Shown here piece by piece: positions 1 through 15,000 of a stretch of 64,000 nucleotides of DNA (position 1 is the first letter of the stretch; the number at the start of each line of letters is the position of its first letter). Source of the stretch: Utricularia gibba. Lineage: Eukaryota; Plantae; Magnoliophyta. The position numbers were made by a program, and so were the translations under genes. The stretch is taken from assembly GCA_002189035.1 (NCBI GenBank), contig NEEC01000026.1, positions 1-64,000 on the forward strand, given 5' to 3'. The notes under the pieces are model-generated. The model was not told the DNA's origin and made no database searches. It saw only the letters and a program-made list of their open reading frames with translations.

Positions 1-3000
1 GGATACACGGCAAAAGAATCAAATAGCCACTAGAGACATGGTGTATGGGAATGGTGCATCAAGAATCAGAAGTATCATGGCAACTAATTGAATCAATCAA
101 CAGCCAAAACATATGGTGTCAAACTTCATCGGATATGCGATCAAGATGGAAAAAAGTCACATGTTACATCATGAATTTCGTGGCATCACTTATCCCAACA
201 CTATTATACTCAGGATATGCAAAAAATGTTTATTTTAAAAATCCAGTGCACGTGTGATTTTTAGGCTGCACCCGAATGGTGATGCGCAATGAAATGACTA
301 GGTCGCACATCCTGGTCCACGAAGCACCTCTTCCAAAACATGCAGATCTAACTCTTCATAGCACACCATTGGGAAGCCCTATTCGAGCTCCAAGTAGTAT
401 AATTTGGAGTTACGTTTGTCCATAACTGTGGACATATTAAAAACAAACCACAACGAAAAGTGTCTTACGTGTCCTTCCTTGGTGGCTGCGTTTAATAATG
501 TGCTTCTCGTTCTCGAAATTGATGCAAATGGGATACACGGCAAAAGAATCAAATACCACTAGAGACATGGTGTATGGGAATGGTGCATCAAGAATCAGAA
601 GTATCATGCAACTAATTGAATCAATCAACCAAAACATATGGTGTCAAACTTCATCGGATATGCGATCAAGATGGAAAAAAGTCACATGTTACATCATGAA
701 TTTCGTGGCATCACTTATCCCAACACTGTTGTATACTCAGGTATGCGTAAATATTTATTTTTAACAATCCGGTGCACGTGTGATTTTTAGGGCTGCACCC
801 CGAATGGTGATGCGCAATGAAATGACTAGGTCGCACATCCTGGTCCACGAAGCACCTCTTCAAAACATGCAGATCTAACTCTTCATAGCACACCATTGGG
901 AAGCCCGATTCGAGCTCCAAGTAGTATAATTTGGAGTTTCGTTTGTCCGATAACTGTGGACATATTAAAACAAACCACAACGAAAAGTGTCTTACGTGTC
1001 CTTCCTTGGTGGCTGCGTTTAATAATGTGCTTCTCGTTCTCGAAATTGATGCAAACAAGATACACGGCAAAAGAATCAAATAGCCACTAGAGACATGGTG
1101 TATGGGAATGGTGCATCAAGAATCAGAAGTATCATGGCAACTAATTGAATCAATCAACAGCCAAAACATATGGTGTCAAACTTCATCGGATATGCGATCA
1201 AGATGGAAAAAAGTCACATGTTACATCATGAATTTCGTGGCATCACTTATCCAACACTATTATACTCCAGGTACGCAAAAATGTTTACTTTTAACGAATC
1301 CAGTGCACGTGTGATTTTTAGGCTGCACCCGAATGGTGATGCGCAATGAAATGACTATGTCGCACATCCTGGTCCACGAAGCACCTCTTCCAAAACATGC
1401 AGATCCTAACTCTTCATAGCACACCATTGGGAAGCCCGATTCGAGCTCCAAGTAGTATAATTTGGAGTTTCGTTTGTCCGATAACTGTGGACATATTAAA
1501 AACAAACCACAACGAAAAGTGTCTTACGTGTCCTTCCTTGGTGGCTGCGTTTAATATTGTGCTTCTCGTTCTCGAAATTGATGCAAATGGGATACACGGC
1601 AAAAGAATCAAATAGCCACTAGAGACATGGTGTATGGGAATGGTGCATCAAGAATCAGAAGTATCATGGCAACTAATTGAATCAATCAACAGCCAAAACA
1701 TATGGTGTCAAACTTCATCGGATATGCGATCAAGATGGAAAAAAGTCACATGTTACATCATGAATTTCGTGGCATCACTTATCCCAACACTATTTATACC
1801 AGGTAAAAATGTTTACTTTTAACAAATCCAGTGCACGTGTGATTTTTAGGCTGCACCCGAATGGTGATGCGCAATGAAATGACTAGGTCGCACATCCTGG
1901 TCCACGAAGCACCTCTTCCAAAACATGCAGATCCTAACTCTTCATAGCACACCATTGGGAAGCCCGATTCGAGCTCCAAGTAGTATAATTTGGAGTTTCG
2001 TTTGTCCGATAACTGTGGACATATTAAAAACAAACCACAACGAAAAGTGTCTTACGTGTCCTTCCTTGGTGGCTGCGTTTAATATTGTGCTTCTCGTTCT
2101 CGAAATTGATGCAAACAAGATACACGGCAAAAAGAATCAAATAGCCACTAGAGACATGGTGTATGGGAATGGTGCATCAAGAATCAGAAGTATCATGGCA
2201 ACTAATTGAATCAATCAACAGCCAAAACATATGGTGTCAAACTTCATCGGATATGCGATCAAGATGGAAAAAAGTCACATGTTACATCATGAATTTCGTG
2301 GCATCACTTATCCCAACACTATTATACTCCAGGTACGCAAAAATGTTTACTTTTAACGAATCCAGTGCACGTGTGATTTTTAGGCTGCACCCCGAATGGT
2401 GATGCGCAATGAAATGACTAGGTCGCACATCCTGGTCCACGAAGCACCTCTTCCAAAACATGCAGATCCTAACTCTTCATAGCACACCATTGGGAAGCCC
2501 GATTCGAGCTCCAAGTAGTATAATTTGGAGTTTCGTTTGTCCGATAACTGTGGACATATTAAAAACAAACCACAACGAAAAGTGTCTTACGTGTCCTTCC
2601 TTGGTGGCTGCGTTTAATAATGTGCTTCTCGTTCTCGAAATTGATGCAAAATACACGGCAAAAGAATCAAATAGCCACTAGAGACATGGTGTAAGGGAAT
2701 GGTGCATCAAGAATCAGAAGTATCATAGCAACTAATTGAATCAATCAACAGCCAAAACATATGGTGTCAAACTTCATCGGATATGCGATCAAGATGGAAA
2801 AAAGTCACATGTTACATCATGAATTTCGTGGCATCACTTATCCCAACACTGTTGTATACTCAGGATATGCAAATATTTATTTTTAACAAATCCGGTGCAC
2901 GTGTGATTTTTAGGCTGCACCCCGAATGGTGATGCGCAATGAAATGACTAGGTCGCACATCCTGGTCCACGAAGCACCTCTTCCAAAACATGCAGATGCT

Positions 3001-6000
3001 AACTCTTCATAGCACACCATTGGGAAGCCCGATTCGAGCTCCAAGTAGTATAATTTGGAGTTTCGTTTGTCCATAACTGTGGACATATTAAAAACAAACC
3101 ACAACGAAAAGTGTCTTACGTGTCCTTCCTTGGTGGCTGCGTTTAATATTGTGCTTCTCGTTCTCGAAATTGATGCAAAGATACACGGCAAAAGAATCAA
3201 ATAGCCACTAGAGACATGGTGTATGGGAATGGTGCATCAAGAATCAGAAGTATCATGGCAACTAATTGAATCAATCAACAGCCAAAACATATGGTGTCAA
3301 ACTTCATCGGATATGCGATCAAGATGGAAAAAGTCACATGTTACATCATGAATTTCGTGGCATCACTTATCCCAACACTATTATACTCCAGGTACGCAAA
3401 AATGTTTACTTTTAACGAATCCAGTGCACGTGTGATTTTTAGGCTGCACCCCGAATGGTGATGCGCAATGAAATGACTAGGTCGCACATCCTGGTCCACG
3501 AAGCACCTCTTCCAAAACATGCAGATCCTAACTCTTCATAGCACACCATTGGGAAGCCCGATTCGAGCTCCAAGTAGTATAATTTGGAGTTTCGTTTGTC
3601 CGATAACTGTGGACATATTAAAAACAAACCACAACGAAAAGTGTCTTACGTGTCCTTCCTTGGTGGCTGCGTTTAATATTGTGCTTCTCGTTCTCGAAAT
3701 TGATGCAAATGGGATACACGGCAAAAGAATCAAATAGCCACTAGAGACATGGTGTATGGGAATGGTGCATCAAGAATCAGAAGTATCATGCAACTAATTG
3801 AATCAATCAACAGCCAAAACATATGGTGTCAAACTTCATCGGATATGCGATCAAGATGGAAAAAAGTCACATGTTACATCATGAATTTCGTGGCATCACT
3901 TATCCCAACACTGTTTATACTCAGGTATGCGTAAATGTTTATTTTTAACAATCCAGTGCACGTGTGATTTTTAGGCTGCACCCCGAATGGTGATGCGCAA
4001 TGAAATGACTATGTCGCACATCCTGGTCCACGAAGCACCTCTTCCAAAACATGCAGATCCTAACTCTTCATAGCACACCATTGGGAAGCCCGATTCGAGC
4101 TCCAAGTAGTATAATTTGGAGTTTCGTTTGTCCGATAACTGTGGACATATTAAAAACAAACCACAACGAAAAGTGTCTTACGTGTCCTTCCTTGGTGGCT
4201 GCGTTTAATATTGTGCTTCTCGTTCTCGAAATTGATGCAAAGATACACGGCAAAAGAATCAAATAGCCACTAGAGACATGGTGTATGGGAATGGTGCATC
4301 AAGAATCAGAAGTATCATGGCAACTAATTGAATCAATCAACAGCCAAAACATATGGTGTCAAACTTCATCGGATATGCGATCAAGATGGAAAAAAGTCAC
4401 ATGTTACATCATGAATTTCGTGGCATCACTTATCCCAACACTATTATACTCCAGGTACGCAAAAATGTTTACTTTTAACGAATCCAGTGCACGTGTGATT
4501 TTTAGGCTGCACCCCGAATGGTGATGCGCAATGAAATGACTAGTCGCACATCCTGGTCCACGAAGCACCTCTTCCAAAACATGCAGATCCTAACTCTTCA
4601 TAGCACACCATTGGGAAGCCCGATTCGAGCTCCAAGTAGTATAATTTGGAGTTTCGTTTGTCCGATAACTGTGGACATATTAAAAACAAACCACAACGAA
4701 AAGTGTCTTACGTGTCCTTCCTTGGTGGCTGCGTTTAATATTTGCTTCTCGTTCTCGAAATTGATGCAAATGGGATACACGGCAAAAGAATCAAATAGCC
4801 ACTAGAGACATGGTGTATGGGAATGGTGCATCAAGAATCAGAAGTATCATGCAACTAATTGAATCAATCAACAGCCAAAACATATGGTGTCAAACTTCAT
4901 CGGATATGCGATCAAGATGGAAAAAAGTCACATGTTACATCATGAATTTCGTGGCATCACTTATCCCAACACTGTTTATACTCAGGTATGCAAATATTTA
5001 TTTTTAACGAAATCCAGTGCACGTGTGATTTTTAGGCTGCACCCGAATGGTGATGCGCAATGAAATGACTAGGTCGCACATCCTGGTCCACGAAGCACCT
5101 CTTCCAAAACATGCAGATCCTAACTCTTCATAGCACACCATTGGGAAGCCCGATTCGAGCTCCAAGTAGTATAATTTGGAGTTTCGTTTGTCCATAACTG
5201 TGGACATATTAAAAACAAACCACAACGAAAAGTGTCTTACGTGTCCTTCCTTGGTGGCTGCGTTTAATATTGTGCTTCTCGTTCTCGAAATTGATGCAAA
5301 CAAGATACACGGCAAAAGAATCAAATAGCCACTAGAGACATGGTGTATGGGAATGGTGCATCAAGAATCAGAAGTATCATGGCAACTAATTGAATCAATC
5401 AACAGCCAAAACATATGGTGTCAAACTTCATCGGATATGCGATCAAGATGGAAAAAAGTCACATGTTACATCATGAATTTCGTGGCATCACTTATCCCAA
5501 CACTATTATACTCCAGGTGCAAAAATGTTTACTTTTAACGAATCCAGTGCACGTGTGATTTTTAGGCTGCACCCCGAATGGTGATGCGCAATGAAATGAC
5601 TAGGTCGCACATCCTGGTCCACGAAGCACCTCTTCCAAAACATGCAGATCCTAACTCTTCATAGCACACCATTGGGAAGCCCGATTCGAGCTCCAAGTAG
5701 TATAATTTGGAGTTTCGTTTGTCCGATAACTGTGGACATATTAAAAACAAACCACAACGAAAAGTGTCTTACGTGTCCTTCCTTGGTGGCTGCGTTTAAT
5801 ATTGTGCTTCTCGTTCGAAATTGATGCAAATGGGATACACGGCAAAAAGAATCAAATAGCCACTAGAGACATGGTGTAAGGGTGCATCAAGAATCAGAAG
5901 TATCATGCAACTAATTGAATCAATCAACAGCCAAAACATATGGTGTCAAACTTCATCGGATATGCGATCAAGATGGAAAAAAGTCACATGTTACATCATG

Positions 6001-9000
6001 AATTTCGTGGCATCTTATCCCACTTTGTATACTCAGGTACGTAAATGTTTATTTTTAACAATCCAGTGCACGTGTGATTTTTAGGCTGCACCCCGAATGG
6101 TGATGCGCAATGAAATGACTAGGTCGCACATCCTGGTCCACGAAGCACCTCTTCCAAACATGCAGATCCTAACTCTTCATAGCACACCATTGGGAAGCCC
6201 GATTCGAGCTCCAAGTAGTATAATTTGGAGTTTCGTTTGTCCGATAACTGTGGACATATTAAAAACAAACCACAACGAAAAGTGTCTTACGTGTCCTTCC
6301 TTGGTGGCTGCGTTTAATATTGTGCTTCTCGTTCTCGAAATTGATGCAAACAAGATACACGGCAAAAGAATCAAATAGCCACTAGAGACATGGTGTATGG
6401 GAATGGTGCATCAAGAATCAGAAGTATCATGGCAACTAATTGAATCAATCAACAGCCAAAACATATGGTGTCAAACTTCATCGGATATGCGATCAAGATG
6501 GAAAAAAGTCACATGTTACATCATGAATTTCGTGGCATCACTTATCCCAACACTATTATACTCAGGTATGCAAAAATATTATTTTTAACAATCCGTGCAC
6601 GTGTGATTTTAGGCTGCACCCCGAATGGTGATGCGCAATGAAATGACTAGGTCGCACATCCTGGTCCACGAAGCACCTCTTCCAAACATGCAGATCCTAA
6701 CTCTTCATAGCACACCATTGGGAAGCCCGATTCGAGCTCCAAGTAGTATAATTTGGAGTTTCGTTTGTCCGATAACTGTGGACATATTAAAAACAAACCA
6801 CAACGAAAAGTGTCTTACGTGTCCTTCCTGGTGGCTGCGTTTAATATTGTGCTTCTCGTTCTCGAAATTGATGCAACAAGATACACGGAAAAGAATCAAA
6901 TAGCCACTAGAGACATGGTGTATGGGAATGGTGCATCAAGAATCAGAAGTATCATGCAACTAATTGAATCAATCAACAGCCAAAACATATGGTGTCAAAC
7001 TTCATCGGATATGCGATCAAGATGGAAAAAAGTCACATGTTACATCATGAATTTCGTGGCATCACTTATCCCAACACTATTATACTCCAGGTACGCAAAA
7101 ATGTTTTTTTAACGAATCCAGTGCACGTGTGATTTTTAGGCTGCACCCCGAATGGTGATGCGCAATGAAATGACTATGTCGCACATCCTGGTCCACGAAG
7201 CACCTCTTCCAAAACATGCAGATCCTAACTCTTCATAGCACACCATTGGGAAGCCCGATTCGAGCTCCAAGTAGTATAATTTGGAGTTTCGTTTGTCCGA
7301 TAACTGTGGACATATTAAAAACAAACCACAACGAAAAGTGTCTTACGTGTCCTTCCTTGGTGGCTGCGTTTAATATTGTGCTTCTCGTTCTCGAAATTGA
7401 TGCAAACAAGATACACGGCAAAAGAATCAAATAGCCACTAGAGACATGGTGTATGGGAATGGTGCATCAAGAATCAGAAGTATCATGGCAACTAATTGAA
7501 TCAATCAACAGCCAAAACATATGGTGTCAAACTTCATCGGATATGCGATCAAGATGGAAAAAAGTCACATGTTACATCATGAATTTCGTGGCATCACTTA
7601 TCCCAACACTATTATACTCAGGTACGCAAAAATGTTTACTTTTAACGAATCCAGTGCACGTGTGATTTTTCGGCTGCACCCCGAATGGTGATGCGCAATG
7701 AAATGACTAGGTCGCACATCCTGGTCCACGAAGCACCTCTTCCAAAACATGCAGATCCTAACTCTTCATAGCACACCATTGGGAAGCCCGATTCGAGCTC
7801 CAAGTAGTATAATTTGGAGTTTCGTTTGTCCGATAACTGTGGACATATTAAAAACAAACCACAACGAAAAGTGTCTTACGTGTCCTTCCTTGGTGGCTGC
7901 GTTTAATAATGTGCTTCTCGTTCTCGAAATTGATGCAAATGGGATACACGGCAAAAGAATCAAATAGCCACTAGAGACATGGTGTAAGGGAATGGTGCAT
8001 CAAGAATCAGAAGTATCATGGCAACTAATTGAATCAATCAACAGCCAAAACATATGGTGTCAAACTTCATCGGATATGCGATCAAGATGGAAAAAAGTCA
8101 CATGTTACATCATGAATTTCGTGGCATCACTTATCCCAACACTATTGTATACTCAGGTACGCAAAATGTTTATTTTTAACGAATCCAGTGCACGTGTGAT
8201 TTTTAGGCTGCACCCGAATGGTGATGCGCAATGAAATGACTAGGTCGCACATCCTGGTCCACGAAGCACCTCTTCCAAAACATGCAGATCCTAACTCTTC
8301 ATAGCACACCATTGGGAAGCCCGATTCGAGCTCCAAGTAGTATAATTTGGAGTTTCGTTTGTCCGATAACTGTGGACATATTAAAAACAAACCACAACGA
8401 AAAGTGTCTTACGTGTCCTTCCTTGGTGGCTGCGTTTAATATTGTGCTTCTCGTTCTCGAAATTGATGCAAACAAGATACACGGCAAAAGAATCAAATAG
8501 CCACTAGAGACATGGTGTATGGGAATGGTGCATCAAGAATCAGAAGTATCATGGCAACTAATTGCATCAATCAACAGCCAAAACATATGGTGTCAAACTT
8601 CATCGGATATGCGATCAAGATGGAAAAAAGTCACATGTTACATCATGAATTTCGTGGCATCACTTATCCCAACACTATTATACTCCAGGTACGCAAAAAT
8701 GTTTACTTTTAACGAATCCAGTGCACGTGTGATTTTTAGGCTGCACCCCGAATGGTGATGCGCAATGAAATGACTAGGTCGCACATCCTGGTCCACGAAG
8801 CACCTCTTCCAAAACATGCAGATCCTAACTCTTCATAGCACACCATTGGGAAGCCCGATTCGAGCTCCAAGTAGTATAATTTGGAGTTTCGTTTGTCCGA
8901 TAACTGTGGACATATTAAAAACAAACCACAACGAAAAGTGTCTTACGTGTCCTTCCTTGGTGGCTGCGTTTAATATTGTGCTTCTCGTTCTCGAAATTGA

Positions 9001-12000
9001 TGCAAATGGGATACACGGCAAAAGAATCAAATAGCCACTAGAGACATGGTGTATGGGAATGGTGCATCAAGAATCAGAAGTATCATAGCAACTAATTGAA
9101 TCAATCAACAGCCAAAACATATGGTGTCAAACTTCATCGGATATGCGATCAAGATGGAAAAAAGTCACATGTTACATCATGAATTTCGTGGCATCACTTA
9201 TCCCAACACTATTATACTCAGGTACGCAAAAATATTTATTTTTAACAAATCCAGTGCACGTGTGATTTTTAGGCTGCACCCCGAATGGTGATGCGCAATG
9301 AAATGACTAGGTCGCACATCCTGGTCCACGAAGCACCTCTTCCAAAACATGCAGATCCTAACTCTTCATAGCACACCATTGGGAAGCCCGATTCGAGCTC
9401 CAAGTAGTATAATTTGGAGTTTCGTTTGTCCGATAACTGTGGACATATTAAAAACAAACCACAACGAAAAGTGTCTTACGTGTCCTTCCTTGGTGGCTGC
9501 GTTTAATATTGTGCTTCTCGTTCTCGAAATTGATGCAAACAAGATACACGGCAAAAGAATCAAATAGCCACTAGAGACATGGTGTATGGGAATGGTGCAT
9601 CAAGAATCAGAAGTATCATGGCAACTAATTGAATCAATCAACAGCCAAAACATATGGTGTCAAACTTCATCGGATATGCGATCAAGATGGAAAAAAGTCA
9701 CATGTTACATCATGAATTTCGTGGCATCACTTATCCCAACACTATTATACTCAGGTACGCAAAATTTACTTTTAACGAATCCAGTGCACGTGTGATTTTT
9801 AGGCTGCACCCCGAATGGTGATGCGCAATGAAATGACTAGGTCGCACATCCTGGTCCACGAAGCACCTCTTCCAAAACATGCAGATCCTAACTCTTCATA
9901 GCACACCATTGGGAAGCCCGATTCGAGCTCCAAGTAGTATAATTTGGAGTTTCGTTTGTCCGATAACTGTGGACATATTAAAAACAAACCACAACGAAAA
10001 GTGTCTTACGTGTCCTTCCTTGGTGGCTGCGTTTAATATTGTGCTTCTCGTTCTCGAAATTGATGCAAACAAGATACACGGCAAAAGAATCAAATAGCCA
10101 CTAGAGACATGGTGTATGGGAATGGTGCATCAAGAATCAGAAGTATCATGGCAACTAATTGAATCAATCAACAGCCAAAACATATGGTGTCAAACTTCAT
10201 CGGATATGCGATCAAGATGGAAAAAAGTCACATGTTACATCATGAATTTCGTGGCATCACTTATCCCAACACTATTATACTCCAGGTACGCAAAATGTTT
10301 ATTTTTAACAATCCAGTGCACGTGTGATTTTTAGGCTGCACCCCGAATGGTGATGCGCAATGAAATGACTAGGTCGCACATCCTGGTCCACGAAGCACCT
10401 CTTCCAAAACATGCAGATCCTAACTCTTCATAGCACACCATTGGGAAGCCCGATTCGAGCTCCAAGTAGTATAATTTGGAGTTTCGTTTGTCCGATAACT
10501 GTGGACATATTAAAAACAAACCACAACGAAAAGTGTCTTACGTGTCCTTCCTTGGTGGCTGCGTTTAATATTGTGCTTCTCGTTCTCGAAATTGATGCAA
10601 ACAAGATACACGGCAAAAGAATCAAATAGCCACTAGAGACATGGTGTATGGGAATGGTGCATCAAGAATCAGAAGTATCATGGCAACTAATTGAATCAAT
10701 CAACAGCCAAAACATATGGTGTCAAACTTCATCGGATATGCGATCAAGATGGAAAAAAGTCACATGTTACATCATGAATTTCGTGGCATCACTTATCCCA
10801 ACACTATTTATACTCAGGTACGCAAAATGTTTATTTTAACAATCCAGTGCACGTGTGATTTTTAGGCTGCACCCCGAATGGTGATGCGCAATGAAATGAC
10901 TATCGCACATCCTGGTCCACGAAGCACCTCTTCCAAAACATGCAGATCCTAACTCTTCATAGCACACCATTGGGAAGCCCGATTCGAGCTCCAAGTAGTA
11001 TAATTTGGAGTTTCGTTTGTCATAACTGTGGACATATTAAAAACAAACCACAACGAAAAGTGTCTTACGTGTCCTTCCTTGGTGGCTGCGTTTAATATTG
11101 TGCTTCTCGTTCTCGAAATTGATGCAAAGATACACGGCAAAAGAATCAAATAGCCACTAGAGACATGGTGTATGGGAATGGTGCATCAAGAATCAGAAGT
11201 ATCATCAACTAATTGAATCAATCAACAGCCAAAACATATGGTGTCAAACTTCATCGGATATGCGATCAAGATGGATCTGTTACATCATGAATTTCGTGGC
11301 ATCACTTATCCCAACACTATTATACTCCAGGTACGCAAAAATGTTTACTTTTAACGAATCCAGTGCACGTGTGATTTTTAGGCTGCACCCCGAATGGTGA
11401 TGCGCAATGAAATGACTAGTCGCACATCCTGGTCCACGAAGCACCTCTTCCAAAACATGCAGATCCTAACTCTTCATAGCACACCATTGGGAAGCCCGAT
11501 TCGAGCTCCAAGTAGTATAATTTGGAGTTTCGTTTGTCCGATAACTGTGGACATATTAAAAACAAACCACAACGAAAAGTGTCTTACGTGTCCTTCCTTG
11601 GTGGCTGCGTTTAATATTGTGCTTCTCGTTCTCGAAATTGATGCAAACAAGATACACGGCAAAAGAATCAAATAGCCACTAGAGACATGGTGTATGGGAA
11701 TGGTGCATCAAGAATCAGAAGTATCATGGCAACTAATTGAATCAATCAACAGCCAAAACATATGGTGTCAAACTTCATCGGATATGCGATCAAGATGGAA
11801 AAAAGTCACATGTTACATCATGAATTTCGTGGCATCACTTATCCCAACACTATTATACTCCAGGTACGCAAAAATGTTTTTTTAACGAATCCAGTGCACG
11901 TGTGATTTTTAGGCTGCACCCCGAATGGTGATGCGCAATGAAATGACTAGTCGCACATCCTGGTCCACGAAGCACCTCTTCCAAAACATGCAGATCCTAA

Positions 12001-15000
12001 CTCTTCATAGCACACCATTGGGAAGCCCGATTCGAGCTCCAAGTAGTATAATTTGGAGTTTCGTTTGTCCGATAACTGTGGACATATTAAAAACAAACCA
12101 CAACGAAAAGTGTCTTACGTGTCCTTCCTTGGTGGCTGCGTTTAATATTGTGCTTCTCGTTCTCGAAATTGATGCAAAAAGATACACGGCAAAAGAATCA
12201 AATAGCCACTAGAGACATGGTGTATGGGAATGGTGCATCAAGAATCAGAAGTATCATGTCAATCTAAAACTTGAATGCGACATCACACATCATCCATCAC
12301 TTATCCCAACACTATGGTACGCAAAATGTTTACTTTTAACGAATCCAGTGCACGTGTGATTTTTAGGCTGCACCCGAATGGTGATGCGCAATGAAATGAC
12401 TAGGTCGCACATCCTGGTCCACGAAGCACCTCTTCCAAAACATGCAGATCCTAACTCTTCATAGCACACCATTGGGAAGCCCGATTCGAGCTCCAAGTAG
12501 TATAATTTGGAGTTTCGTTTGTCCGATAACTGTGGACATATTAAAAACAAACCACAACGAAAAGTGTCTTACGTGTCCTTCCTTGGTGGCTGCGTTTAAT
12601 ATGTGCTTCTCGTTCTCGAAATTGATGCAAACACGGCAAAAGAATCAAATAGCCTAGAGACATGGTGTATGGGAATGGTGCATCAAGAATCAGAAGTATC
12701 ATGGCAACTAATTGAATCAATCAACAGCCAAAACATATGGTGTCAAACTTCATCGGATATGCGATCAAGATGGAAAAAAGTCACATGTTACATCATGAAT
12801 TTCGTGGCATCACTTATCCCAGGTACGCATCTTTTAACGAATCCAGTGCACGTGTGATTTTTAGGCTGCACCCCGAATGGTGATGCGCAATGAAATGACT
12901 AGGTCGCACATCCTGGTCCACGAAGCACCTCTTCCAAAACATGCAGATCCTAACTCTTCATAGCACACCATTGGGAAGCCCGATTCGAGCTCCAAGTAGT
13001 ATAATTTGGAGTTTCGTTTGTCCGATAACTGTGGACATATTAAAAACAAACCACAACGAAAAGTGTCTTACGTGTCCTTCCTTGGTGGCTGCGTTTAATA
13101 TTGTGCTTCTCGTTCTCGAAATTGATGCAAACAAGATACACGGCAAAAGAATCAAATAGCCACTAGAGACATGGTGTATGGGAATGGTGCATCAAGAATC
13201 AGAAGTATCATGGCAACTAATTGATCAATCAACAGCCAAAACATATGGTGTCAAACTTCATCGGATATGCGATCAAGATGGAAAAAAGTCACATGTTACA
13301 TCATGAATTTCGTGGCATCACTTATCCCAACACTGTTTATACTCAGGTACGCAAAATATTTATTTTAACGAATCCAGTGCACGTGTGATTTTTAGGCTGC
13401 ACCCCGAATGGTGATGCGCAATGAAATGACTAGGTCGCACATCCTGGTCCACGAAGCACCTCTTCCAAAACATGCAGATCCTAACTCTTCATAGCACACA
13501 TTGGGAAGCCCGATTCGAGCTCCAAGTAGTATAATTTGGAGTTTCGTTTGTCCGATAACTGTGGACATATTAAAAACAAACCACAACGAAAAGTGTCTTA
13601 CGTGTCCTTCCTTGGTGGCTGCGTTTAATATTGTGCTTCTCGTTCTCGAAATTGATGCAAAGATACACGGCAAAAGAATCAAATAGCCACTAGAGACATG
13701 GTGTATGGGAATGGTGCATCAAGAATCAGAAGTATCATGCAACTAATTGAATCAATCAACAGCCAAAACATATGGTGTCAAACTTCATCGGATATGCGAT
13801 CAAGATGGAAAAAAGTCACATGTTACATCATGAATTTCGTGGCATCACTTATCCCAACACTATTATACTCAGGTAAAAAATGTTTACTTTTAACAATCCA
13901 GTGCACGTGTGATTTTTAGGCTGCACCCCGAATGGTGATGCGCAATGAAATGACTAGTCGCACATCCTGGTCCACGAAGCACCTCTTCCAAAACATGCAG
14001 ATCCTAACTCTTCATAGCACACCATTGGGAAGCCCGATTCGAGCTCCAAGTAGTATAATTTGGAGTTTCGTTTGTCCGATAACTGTGGACATATTAAAAA
14101 CAAACCACAACGAAAAGTGTCTTACGTGTCCTTCCTTGGTGGCTGCGTTTAATATTGTGCTTCTCGTTCTCGAAATTGATGCAAAAGATACACGGCAAAA
14201 GAATCAAACCACTAGAGACATGGTGTAAGGGAATGGTGCATCAAGAATCAGAAGTATCATGCAACTAATTGAATCAATCAACAGCCAAAACATATGGTGT
14301 CAAACTTCATCGGATATGCGATCAAGATGGAAAAAAGTCACATGTTACATCATGAATTTCGTGGCATCACTTATCCCAACACTATTGTACTCAGCAAAAT
14401 TTTATTTTTAACTCCAGTGCACGTGTGATTTTTAGGCTGCACCCCGAATGGTGATGCGCAATGAAATGACTAGGTCGCACATCCTGGTCCACGAAGCACC
14501 TCTTCCAAAACATGCAGATCCTAACTCTTCATAGCACACCATTGGGAAGCCCGATTCGAGCTCCAAGTAGTATAATTTGGAGTTTCGTTTGTCCGATAAC
14601 TGTGGACATATTAAAAACAAACCACAACGAAAAGTGTCTTACGTGTCCTTCCTTGGTGGCTGCGTTTAATATTGTGCTTCTCGTTCTCGAAATTGATGCA
14701 AACAAGATACACGGCAAAAGAATCAAATAGCCACTAGAGACATGGTGTATGGGAATGGTGCATCAAGAATCAGAAGTATCATGGCAACTAATTGAATCAA
14801 TCAACAGCCAAAACATATGGTGTCAAACTTCATCGGATATGCGATCAAGATGGAAAAAAGTCACATGTTACATCATGAATTTCGTGGCATCACTTATCCC
14901 AACACTATTATACTCCAGGTACGCAAAAATGTTTACTTTTAACGAATCCAGTGCACGTGTGATTTTTAGGCTGCACCCCGAATGGTGATGCGCAATGAAA

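Noticed and set aside
131-275. 5S rDNA array (GGATATGCGATCA...GCTGCACCC resembles 5S ends; unit size is similar)
   Set aside because: The span is ~143 nt rather than ~120, with no internal 5S similarity, no A/C boxes and no downstream T-run terminator.
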